DNA from: Candidatus Wallbacteria bacterium
Lineage (GTDB): Bacteria; Muiribacteriota; UBA9980
Assembly (NCBI GenBank): GCA_041441465.1
Contig: JASDSY010000029.1
Location: 72,197-136,196 of the forward strand
DNA length: 64,000 nucleotides
Direction of reading: 5' to 3'
A model generated the notes under the pieces. That model worked only from the letters and a program-made list of their open reading frames with translations, was not told where the DNA came from and searched no databases. This document shows, piece by piece, positions 27,141 through 36,566 of this stretch. Position numbers and translations under genes: made by a program. Position 1 is the first letter of the stretch. The number at the start of each line of letters is the position of its first letter.

Positions 27141-27652
27141 AGCGAATTAGCGCATTTATTAAAATTGCGACAGCCTGTTGCAGAATTTAATATTAAGATT
27201 ATAAAGGGTTTATGTGGCATTACTAGTGAAATCACGAATTAATTCATTTAAAATATAGAAACCATGATAAAAATTTCCATTATTTCTTAATGGTTTTAAT
27301 GCCTGATTGGAAAAAGAGAAAAGAAATTTTAGATCAAGAAGTTATTAAAGAATTATAAAATGTTACTAATTGCGAGGCTTAACAGTGTGCTTGCTTGCGG
27401 TTGCGTACCGTTCTTTTGGAAAAAAGTTTACAATCCAACTTTTAGTTGTAGCAAATTCGCCATAATCAAAAGTCAGGCTGGTTTGAATAGTTATAAATTG
27501 AGCGTTACCGAACGGACTGAAAAAACAAATGCTATCGGATTGAAGGCAGCTGCCGTACGATATGGCGGAATATATATTACATAAAGATATTGCCTTTGAA
27601 TTTGGAATGTGGATTAGCGCTGAATTTAAGATATATTGTAAGGCGGTCAGTT

Positions 27653-28411
27653 ATGGAGATTTCGGTAAAACATAAAAAAAATATTTCTGATATATCATTA
27701 AATGGGCCAGAATGTTTAAATAATAACAAAGCTGAAGATTATAATAAATCTGGAATTAATTATTATGACAATAAAGATTATAAAAATGCAGAAATAGAAT
27801 ATATAAAAGCGATACAACTTGAACCAAATGTAGCCGTTTATTATTTTAATTTAGGCAATGCTTATTTTGATCAGGATAAAGATTTAGAAGCGGAAATTGC
27901 ATATCAAAAAGCAATTCAACTGAATCCGGCCGTCGCTGCTTATTATAATGAGTTAGGATACTGCTATCTTGTTCAGGAAAAGTACGCTGACGCCATAATA
28001 AAAATAGCAAAAGCAATTGAACTTGAACCAAATACGGCTGATTATTATGACAGCTTAGGCGATGTTTACTGGTATCAAGGAAAATACTTTGAAGCAGAGT
28101 TACAATATAAAAAAGCGATACAATTAGAACCAAATGCTGAGCTTTTTTATAATAATTTAGGTAATGCTTATTATTGCCAGGGAAAGTATGGCGAATCAGA
28201 AATGCAATATAAAAAGGCGATTGAATTAGAACCAAATACGGCTGATTATTACAATAATTTAGGCGATGTTTATTATTGTCAGGAAAAATACGATAAAGCG
28301 GAAGCAATGTATAAAAAAGCGATAGAGCTTAATCCGGAAGTCGCGGAATATTATAAAAATTTAGATGCCGCTTGTTCTGAACAGGACAAACATGCCGAAT
28401 CAGGAATTTAA
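27653..28411 (+). CDS. TPR-repeat protein
   Basis: Six or more 34-aa repeats of the form AxxxYxKAIELEPNxAxYYNNLGNAYYxQGKY. The start was chosen at the in-frame Met 27653 because upstream of it lies a KilA-N-like remnant in another frame. Confidence 0.7.
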   Translation: MEISVKHKKNISDISLNGPECLNNNKAEDYNKSGINYYDNKDYKNAEIEYIKAIQLEPNVAVYYFNLGNAYFDQDKDLEAEIAYQKAIQLNPAVAAYYNELGYCYLVQEKYADAIIKIAKAIELEPNTADYYDSLGDVYWYQGKYFEAELQYKKAIQLEPNAELFYNNLGNAYYCQGKYGESEMQYKKAIELEPNTADYYNNLGDVYYCQEKYDKAEAMYKKAIELNPEVAEYYKNLDAACSEQDKHAESGI

Positions 28412-28548
28412 TATACCAAAGTAAGTACTTTCGACTAAAAAGTGGAAATGAATTAACAGATGATAGTTTAAAAATAAAGTGTTATCACTTAACTTAAATA
28501 TTTAAAATAATAAAATAGTAATAATGCGCTGATATAAAATTAAATTAT

Positions 28549-28600
28549 AAAAAAAAGGGGGCTGTTTCCAAAATTATCTTTTGGGACAGCCCCTTTTTTG
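28549..28600. terminator. Bidirectional terminator, conserved-loop family member 1
   Basis: A8-ggggctgtttccaaaattatcttttgggacagcccc-T6 between convergent genes. Confidence 0.6.
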
Positions 28601-28630
28601 TGATAATGTTATTAATTATAGTAGTTTTTA

Positions 28631-30663
28631 TTACCTTGCGATTATCTTAAATATATCGCCGTAGGTGCCGGCGCAGAAAACGAAGCTGCCTTCCGGAGCG
28701 TAAACTTCGCCTTTATTGGTGATGCTGTCAAAAATCGGGCCGCTTTCGGTTAGAACCATTACTCTTGCGTCTTTTGGAATTTCAACAAAGTTTAGGATCG
28801 CGCCTTTGGTTATTTTGAGCCATTCGTTATAATTATCATGTTTGATAACTAAACGGTTAACGCCGGGTATCGCGTTTCTGACTTTATCTGCCGGCATGAA
28901 TAAAATATAATTTGACATGGCCCATGTTTCGCCGTTTTTATCAATAAGGCGAAGCTCGGACTGGTCGCGGAACGATGTAGCCGCTATGCTTGCGAAATAG
29001 GGCGTTTCAATTTTCTTTAAGCCGTCAAAATCCACATAGCCCGGCAATTCTTTATAAGTTGCCGATTTTAAGGCCGTAATTCCTGCCGGAAGAATATCGG
29101 CGGCTAAATTTTTGCAAAGCCACATCTTGCCGTTTATGTCTGATTTAAGCGTAACCGGTTTCTTTATTTCTTCGACTTTCTGGTAAGTCAGCAAATCGGC
29201 TTCATAATTTGGAATGTTATGCGCCGCTAAATAAGTTTTTCCGTCGGCCGTGGTAAAATAAAGCTGCATTTTATCCTCAGGCGATATGAAATAACCGTTA
29301 TTATAAATCATCGATGTAGCGGCGGCAGGAGAATCTGCTTTTTTGGTTTCGCTTTCGACTGAAAGAGGCATAAAATTCATTTTTTTGCCTTTTAAATCAA
29401 ATTCAATTCTTATGGTTTTTCCGCCATTTGTGTAAATACCGGCATATTGAAGAAGCCCTTCAGGAATTGCCTGCGGTTCGGCCGGTTTTACAACAGGCTT
29501 TGTGATAGGTTCGATCAACTTTTTTTCCTGCATAAAAGTATCTAAAACCGGTCTTAATAATTTTTCGGAATTTGCGTGTCCGGTTATGGAATAAGCGATA
29601 ATGATATTATGTTCGGGAACGACATACATATATGTTGAATAACAGCCGGTGCCGCCGCTTTTAGCGAGGACCTGCATACCTTTGGCATCGTAAAAAGGTA
29701 TATTTGAAAAATCCCAGCCGAATTCACTGCAAATCTGTCGGTTTTGCAATTTATTTGCGAATAATGTAGGCTGCGTCTTTAATATTTCCTTAAGTGCTTC
29801 TTCACTGAGTATTTTTTTGCCGTTTTTAGTAAAACTGCTGCCGAATCTGCATAAATCGGAAGCGGTAGACGACAGGCCGCCTGCTCCGTAAACCGGAACC
29901 ACTTCAAGCGGATATTTATCGCCGGATTTTATGTCGTAATATTCAGCTGAATTTTTAAAATGCCCTTCGCCTACGCTCGGACCTGAGTTTTTCATGTTTA
30001 AAGGTTTGAATATACGTTCATCGACGAAATCGACGAATTTTTTACCTGATACTCTTTCGACTATAATTTCGGCGAGAGTAAAGCCGTCATTGCAGTAAAT
30101 GGCCATAGCGCCCGGATCGTGTTTCAGATGCGATTCGGCAAGCGTATCGAGAAGGAGTTTATGCATATCGACTGGGGTGCCGAAGCCGAAATAAAAAGTC
30201 GAGCCGGGAAGCCCTGAGGAATGATTAAAGAGCATGCGGATCGTTATGTCTTTATAACGTTCGTCTTTCATTTTAAAATCAGGAATGTATTTTATAACCT
30301 TATCGTCAAGCGCGATTTTACCGTCATCGGCAAGGAGCATTATCGAAACTGCCGCGAACATCTTGCTTGTCGAGCCGATATTAAATCTTGTATTAACATC
30401 CACCGGCCTGTTTTTTGCGCGGTCTGACGTTCCCACGCCTTCCGCGTAAACTATTTTATTGTTGTCCATAATAGCGATGGTAGCTCCGGTGCCTGTGCCG
30501 TTTGTAATTTCTTTCCATAAAGATTCGCGCGCCGTTTCTATCGTCTTTTGATAAGCGCACTGTTCGAAATGAACTGATTTATGCGCTTTAGCCTCACACA
30601 CAGAAAACATGCCTGTGCCCGCGTATAAAATAACTGCGGCCATGGTTAATTTTTTTAACATAT
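28631..30663 (-). CDS. Secreted beta-lactamase-family serine hydrolase with a C-terminal extra domain
   Basis: Signal peptide MLKKLTMAAVILYAG. The SxxK motif GSTSKMF and a downstream YxN-like region are present. Total length ~680 aa. Confidence 0.7.
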
Positions 30664-30933
30664 TATCACTCCTGTCTTTAAAATTTATCCGGATGGTTTT
30701 AGTCATGTTATCATATATCATAAGAAATTTAAAGTCAAATTTTTAGAACCGGTTTTTTTTGCCTGAATATAACCTTAAACTGTGGATAATTAAAAATTAA
30801 AACCGGATATTATAAGTTAAGGCACACATAAATAAATTAAGCTGAAGCAGCGAATCATAAAAAATAAATATGCTGTGTAATAGCTTTAACTTCATACTTT
30901 TCTTGAGATAATGCCCAATTTAAAAATAATATA

Positions 30934-30980
30934 AATAAAAAAAGCTGTTTCGAAAATTATTTTCGTTACAGCTTTTTTGT
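30934..30980 (-). terminator. Terminator, conserved-loop family member 2
   Basis: aaagctgtttcgaaaattattttcgttacagcttt flanked by A and T runs. Confidence 0.55.
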
Positions 30981-31021
30981 AAATAATAAAATCTGCGTTA
31001 AGATGTTATGCAAATTTGTCT

Positions 31022-31855
31022 CTATTTATTTTGTTTAAACCAGTCTTCATTTAAGGTAGCCTTGCGGCTGTTTAAAAATACTTCAAGCGTGTTTTTTAAA
31101 TCAGAAAGCTGCTTTATTTGAAATGTGCAGGAAGTGGTGTCGGTTATCGGCATCTGGATAAAACTATTTACATTCTTAGAAAGCTCGTTTATAAATTCGC
31201 TGCGTTTGGTGATATATATTTCATTTGAACTTTCGAAATTCGCCAGGCGCTCGACAAGCGCTTTGAGGTTATTGGCGTGTATTGAAACCTCATTTGTGCC
31301 GCCTTTAGCCATATATGTTTTCATTTCGCCTTCCATAACTGAAACTTTAGAAATAATCATATCAATAACATTTTGTTCGCTCATCGGCACACGGTCTTTA
31401 TATATCGCTGAAAATGCCTCATAAGCTGTTTTTACACAGGAATGCGCTTTGACAATCTCGCCCTGTTTTATCAAGCCGTGAACGACTTTTATATTGGAAT
31501 TTACAAGCGAAAGTTTGTCATGCCATTTAGTATCATCAATAAATTGTGCCGGCGGATTTTGAAAATATTTAATATAGAAATCGAAATAGGCATTTATCAG
31601 CTTGTCTATTTCAATCTGGGCATTTTGGGAATTGTTCTGGCTTAACGCGACATCTAAATACTGAAAGGTATTATTGATTGTGACAAGTTCATTTTTTAAG
31701 GTTTCATTAAGCTTTTCTACCGAAAGAAAGGCGTTTAACACGTCAGTGCATGCGTAAACCGGCTGACCTGAGTACGAACTAAGGCAAAAAAACAACGTCG
31801 TGCAAGCGCAAAATGATTTTAATAATTTGAATTTTGAGTTGCTATTATTTTTCAC
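31022..31855 (-). CDS. Hypothetical secreted protein
   Basis: 277 aa with an N-terminal signal-like hydrophobic segment. No recognisable motif. Confidence 0.5.
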   Translation of the reverse strand: MKNNSNSKFKLLKSFCACTTLFFCLSSYSGQPVYACTDVLNAFLSVEKLNETLKNELVTINNTFQYLDVALSQNNSQNAQIEIDKLINAYFDFYIKYFQNPPAQFIDDTKWHDKLSLVNSNIKVVHGLIKQGEIVKAHSCVKTAYEAFSAIYKDRVPMSEQNVIDMIISKVSVMEGEMKTYMAKGGTNEVSIHANNLKALVERLANFESSNEIYITKRSEFINELSKNVNSFIQMPITDTTSCTFQIKQLSDLKNTLEVFLNSRKATLNEDWFKQNK

Positions 31856-32007
31856 TTTTTGTTCCTTTTTTGAATACTGTTTTATGAACGATAAAGTATT
31901 ATATAGATAATTTCAAAATAATTCAAATTATATTTTAAAGATTTTTTCAATAATTTATTATTAATGTTTCTGATTTTTCAATATAATTTAATCCAGCAGA
32001 AGCCGGG

Positions 32008-33150
32008 TTAATAAGTAAGTCCGGCTATCATTGAAAGGACTACTATGAGCAATACGAAAAGTGTTGTTTTTTTATAGCCCATAATTGTGACCAAAGACAG
32101 CATCGACGAGAATGAAACTGTAGGGCCGGCCAGAAATAGTGATAATCCAGGACCGCTGGCCATTCCGAGTTCCATGAAGAATTTGACGATTATGACAGAC
32201 ATGCAGGTGCCGAAATACGTAAAAACACCGAACAACGACGAAATGAGACAGCCTCTCAAATCATTGTACCCGACAAGATTTACGACAATAGACGCAGTCA
32301 GGAACTCTTTGGCGAAACCTATCGCAAAGAGGCCGATTATCAGCGGCCTTAAAATTTTATAGATGAAATGCCCTGTTCTTTCAAGCCAGGCCATATATTC
32401 TTCTTTTTTAAAATTGCGGAATACGAATATCGAAAGCAGTAAAATATTGCCGAACATTAAGCTGAGTTTGGTCCAGATATCAACTTTGGCGCCTGGCATG
32501 ACGTTGCTGAAATTATCCATCTGTCCGAGAAACATCATTGCGATCAGAAATGCGAACAATATCGCTATTGAACTTTTAGGTTTTTCTATGAATTCATCGT
32601 CAAGCTCTTCGTCTTTTAAGCTGTCGTATTCCTTATCGTCTAAAATTCCGTCGTGGACGAGCGCAACCCCTTCTTTTATGCGCAGTTCTCGGCTTTCGTT
32701 GCGGTACAGGAATGCGTATAATCCGCCCACTATGAATCCGTGCAATATGGCGAAAAATATCCTGTAATACATCATTCTCATGCCGAAAAGCTGGCCCGTT
32801 AATATGACGGCCAGAAGATTTATTGCCGGCCCCGTGGTTAAAAATACCATCGCTGGTCCGATTCCGGCGCCGTGACGGAATATCGAGGAAAAAAGCGGTA
32901 TTACGCCGCATGAGCATGCCGAAAATAAAAGGCCGATAATGGTTGCGAATGAATAGGAGATCAAAGGATTTATCGACGGCCCGAGATAACGCGTGATGCT
33001 CCGCTCGCGCACAAATACCTTTAACGCCGCGGCTATTAAAAACGCAGGCAAAAACGAGCCTAATAAAAACTCGCCTAAAAAGTCGAATAATTGATAAAAT
33101 CCGCTGTAAAGTCCCTTTAATATAGCTCCTGATAATATATTAAAATCCAT
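32008..33150 (-). CDS. DUF318/ArsP-like predicted permease
   Basis: Polytopic membrane protein with the signature LFSACSCGVIPLF (compare the FCSCS motif of DUF318 permeases). Confidence 0.6.
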   Translation of the reverse strand: MDFNILSGAILKGLYSGFYQLFDFLGEFLLGSFLPAFLIAAALKVFVRERSITRYLGPSINPLISYSFATIIGLLFSACSCGVIPLFSSIFRHGAGIGPAMVFLTTGPAINLLAVILTGQLFGMRMMYYRIFFAILHGFIVGGLYAFLYRNESRELRIKEGVALVHDGILDDKEYDSLKDEELDDEFIEKPKSSIAILFAFLIAMMFLGQMDNFSNVMPGAKVDIWTKLSLMFGNILLLSIFVFRNFKKEEYMAWLERTGHFIYKILRPLIIGLFAIGFAKEFLTASIVVNLVGYNDLRGCLISSLFGVFTYFGTCMSVIIVKFFMELGMASGPGLSLFLAGPTVSFSSMLSLVTIMGYKKTTLFVLLIVVLSMIAGLTY

Positions 33151-33533
33151 TTATACACCTTCCTGAATCTGGGCAAATGTTGAAAAAATTTAAACTTCGA
33201 AAAAACAGAAATTTTAACAAATAGTTTTCAGCTGTATGTAAATTTTAAAATTTTCTAAATAAATTAAGCGAATGGAATTGAAAAGAATGATGCATAAGCC
33301 AGGATAACGCATAAAGCCTGAAAAAATAAAATTAAAACTTGTCAAAATGCCATTATATTAATAAAATGACCGCTGATTATAATTGAAAGTCGTATGCTAT
33401 TTATTACATGTTATTATGAATATTTATATTTTTAAAATTATACTTTATTATTGAGTTAATTAATAAAATTATATAAAAAAAATAATAAAATGTCAAATAG
33501 ATTTCCTTTATGTTACTGAATGATTTAATTTGC

Positions 33534-33562
33534 TTGACATGCCGTGCCGCTTAATATAAAAT
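33534..33562 (+). promoter_or_regulatory. Sigma70-like promoter (TTGACA-17-TAAAAT) that would give a leaderless yaiI mRNA
   Basis: ttgaca at 33534-33539, a 17-nt spacer, then taaaat at 33557-33562. The ATG is at 33570 and there is no SD. Confidence 0.35.
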
Positions 33563-33569
33563 TAAGATC

Positions 33570-34016
33570 ATGAGAATTTTAGTGGATGCGGATGCATGTC
33601 CGGTTAAGGAAATCATAATAAAAATCGCAAAGCAAAAATCGATACCTGTAATAATGTTTGCCGATACGAGCCATTACATAAATGACGGTTACTCGAGCGT
33701 AATAACCGTTGACCGCCACAATGATTCAGCTGATTATGAAATTACTGCAGCCGCGGCAGCCGGCGATATTGTCGTGACTCAGGATTACGGGCTTGCCGCT
33801 ATGGTAATGGCGCCGAATATTACTGTAATGAATCAGGACGGGTTTTTATATACCGATGAAAATATCGATATGCTCCTTGAGTCAAGGCATAATGCCTCTA
33901 AAATAAGGAGAAGCGGCGGTAAAACTACGAACCAGAAAAAGCGCCGATATGAAGATGACGAGAAATTCGAAAATCTTTTAAATAGTATAATTATTTCGCA
34001 AATGACAAGTGAATAA
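33570..34016 (+). CDS. YaiI/DUF188 (UPF0178) family protein
   Basis: MRILVDADACPVKEII matches the invariant YaiI N-terminus MkIwVDADACPv. Confidence 0.7.
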   Translation: MRILVDADACPVKEIIIKIAKQKSIPVIMFADTSHYINDGYSSVITVDRHNDSADYEITAAAAAGDIVVTQDYGLAAMVMAPNITVMNQDGFLYTDENIDMLLESRHNASKIRRSGGKTTNQKKRRYEDDEKFENLLNSIIISQMTSE

Positions 34017-34063
34017 TTTTAATGTCTAAACTCAAGTAATATTAAATAGAAGCTGGAGAAACA

Positions 34064-34615
34064 ATGGAAATATTGAGTATATTAACCGGTATAGGTTTAA
34101 GCGCGGCTGCGGGGTTTCGGGTATTTGTCCCGATGCTTATAATGAGTCTTGCGGCTTATAATGGTTATTACAAGCCGGCGCCCGGTTTTGAGTGGCTCGG
34201 CAGCGAAGTTGCGTTAGTCTGCTTCGGCGCCGCGACAGTTACTGAAATTGCGGCCTATTATATACCGTGGCTTGATAACTTTCTCGATGTGACGGTAGCT
34301 CCGGTTCTGGCACCGGCGGCAGGTTTTTTATTGGCCTCTTCGTGTCTCGGGCAAATGCCGCCTGCTATAAAGTGGTCATTAATCATAATGGCCGGCGGCG
34401 TAGCTTTCGGAGTGCAGGCGGCAACGACGTCCGCGCGTGCGGTTTCGACCGCGGCAACCGGCGGATTGGCTAACCCTATTGTCGCGACCTCGGAACTGGC
34501 AGGCTCGGCAGCACTATCTTTTAGCGCAATTATGATGCCTTTTATTTCGATAATTGCTTTAACTTTTTTTATTGGATTTTTAATTTATAAAAAGTCAAAA
34601 CGAAAAACAATATAA
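34064..34615 (+). CDS. DUF4126-like small membrane protein
   Basis: 183 aa with four hydrophobic helices and Gly/Ala-rich loops. Confidence 0.45.
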   Translation: MEILSILTGIGLSAAAGFRVFVPMLIMSLAAYNGYYKPAPGFEWLGSEVALVCFGAATVTEIAAYYIPWLDNFLDVTVAPVLAPAAGFLLASSCLGQMPPAIKWSLIIMAGGVAFGVQAATTSARAVSTAATGGLANPIVATSELAGSAALSFSAIMMPFISIIALTFFIGFLIYKKSKRKTI

Positions 34616-34835
34616 TTAAAAACAGAATCAAGGTCTGGCATACTGGCCGCCATAAAAAGTAAATGTATGAAAATAGTATTGAAAACTTTAAATTATAAAC
34701 AATAAATATTCAAATGATAACGTAAAAATTAAAAATTACTTTAACTTAATTTATTCATGACCAAATATATTGAAAAATTAAAATAACTAAATGAATATTT
34801 TTAGCGGAAGCATATTACAATAAGTATAAAACAAA

Positions 34836-34883
34836 ATAAAAAAGACTGTTTTGAAAATTATGTTTTCATACAGTCTTTTTTAT
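34836..34883. terminator. Bidirectional terminator, conserved-loop family member 3
   Basis: aagactgttttgaaaattatgttttcatacagtctt followed by T5, between convergent genes. Confidence 0.55.
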
Positions 34884-34918
34884 TTTGTTTTATTATTTAA
34901 GATTATATTATTTTTATA

Positions 34919-36322
34919 TTAACCGCGTTCTTCGGTTATTTCGACATTTCTCATTTCTTTTGGCTGAGACGCTATTTTTTTGATCGATTTTTCATATTTA
35001 TCTTTTTCAAGTATCGGAAACATCGATGACACAGGGTATTTATATTCCAGTTTTTCGTTCGGTACAGTTTGTTTGATCATCGATTTATGATTATATTTAC
35101 CCGCGATATAGAGCTTATCTTTCAGGCTTTCATATTTTTTTGTTTTTCTTGCCGCTTTAGCTTGCATTTTTTCGGTATTTTTGGCCGATTGTTCGGCTGC
35201 AGGAGCTTTTTTTACGTTCGCCGTTTCGGCAGCGGCTATGCTTTCTTCCCTCATCCCTTCAGCTTTAATCACTTTAACGTTAGGATCTGAGGTTTCGATT
35301 ATTTCAACCTCGGCGACCTGCTTATTTATAGCTTTCATATTGGGTTTAACGTATGATTTGGAATATGCAGCTGCGGGAGCCGCGTCTGCCGCAACTTTTG
35401 AATTTACCCTGACTGCGCTGTTTTTAGCTTCGCTATCTTCTATTAACGGCGCCGATTCGTCAACCATGGCCGCTGCCTGAACATTCTCGTTGTAACTATG
35501 AGCTTTTTTATAATCGGCGTTCTGTGCGGCCAGCATCGATTCATTGCCGAGACGGCTTTTTTTTATCTGATCGACCGGCATCGATTCAACTGATCGCTGC
35601 TTTAGTGTCTTAGCTATATAACCTGCTGAATCGCCCGATTCAACCGATGCCTCATATAATTTTTTGTAAATTCTTGTTGATTCCGGCATGGCTTTCACAG
35701 AAGAACGTTTTTCCGTGAAATTGACTGCTTTTTTAGCGATTTCGGCACGGTCTATTGAGCCGATATATTCCATTCTCTTATCTATTTCAGCTTTTAATTC
35801 CTTCGATTCCTTGGTATCGCTCTCTGCTAAAATTTTATTGATTCTTGAATAGAACCTGTTTAAATATTTTACCTCGGCATCGATTGCCTGCGGACGGTTT
35901 GAAGCCGTTAAGAGCGCTTTATTTACTTTTCCTTCAAATGTCTGGGCGCGCATATCGGACGGCAGGAAAATATTCGGGAAATTCAAAAGAAATATTCCGG
36001 CGGCGACAACGCCGCATGAAACCATTGTATATGCGAGTTTGAATTTAAATCTGTCAAGTTCTTTTTCCTTGTCATAGGTGGGAGCAACGCGGTTAAACAA
36101 ATTCCTGAAATTAAATCTGAATATATTCTTATACATTTTCCTTATTATGCTTTCGCCCGCTTCATCGCCTTCAAAGACTCCTGTAAGACAGTAATTTTTA
36201 ATTGCGCTCTTTAATTCTTCAGATGAAATCGAATATTTTATCAGAGCGTTTTCAAATGAGATGTCGCCTTTAATAACGGCAAGTACTGCTTCTTTTAAAT
36301 GACTAATGCTATGATTGTTCAT
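34919..36322 (-). CDS. Hypothetical single-pass membrane protein with an Ala/Lys-rich low-complexity C-terminal half
   Basis: 467 aa with one TM (VSCGVVAAGIFLLNF). The C-terminal region is rich in A/K/E. It is divergent from the pilQ-like secretin. Confidence 0.45.
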   Translation of the reverse strand: MNNHSISHLKEAVLAVIKGDISFENALIKYSISSEELKSAIKNYCLTGVFEGDEAGESIIRKMYKNIFRFNFRNLFNRVAPTYDKEKELDRFKFKLAYTMVSCGVVAAGIFLLNFPNIFLPSDMRAQTFEGKVNKALLTASNRPQAIDAEVKYLNRFYSRINKILAESDTKESKELKAEIDKRMEYIGSIDRAEIAKKAVNFTEKRSSVKAMPESTRIYKKLYEASVESGDSAGYIAKTLKQRSVESMPVDQIKKSRLGNESMLAAQNADYKKAHSYNENVQAAAMVDESAPLIEDSEAKNSAVRVNSKVAADAAPAAAYSKSYVKPNMKAINKQVAEVEIIETSDPNVKVIKAEGMREESIAAAETANVKKAPAAEQSAKNTEKMQAKAARKTKKYESLKDKLYIAGKYNHKSMIKQTVPNEKLEYKYPVSSMFPILEKDKYEKSIKKIASQPKEMRNVEITEERG

Positions 36323-36566
36323 AAAACACCTCGTATTTTATTTTTTATTGTTATTGATTTTATATTAAAAACATTATTTTCAATATATATGAATAAAGCA
36401 ATCCGTTTTAAAACACTTTTTCCGGTATATTTATTATTTCGGCTTTAAATTATAAAAGTTAAACTAAATTTTATTAAATTTTTATCTTATTAAATTTTGT
36501 TTTTTACCGATAAAAAAAACATTACCCATAGTGTATAAATTTTTTCATATATAATCGGAGGTTAAT

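Noticed and set aside
27360-27652. ORF 27360-27584 (74 aa) and the 5' part of ORF 27590-28411 (MPLNLECGLALNLRYIVRRSV)
   Set aside because: No SD or promoter context and no recognisable domain. A different frame across 27560-27650 carries a KilA-N-like motif. Treated as debris of a degraded gene; the TPR protein start was set at Met 27653.
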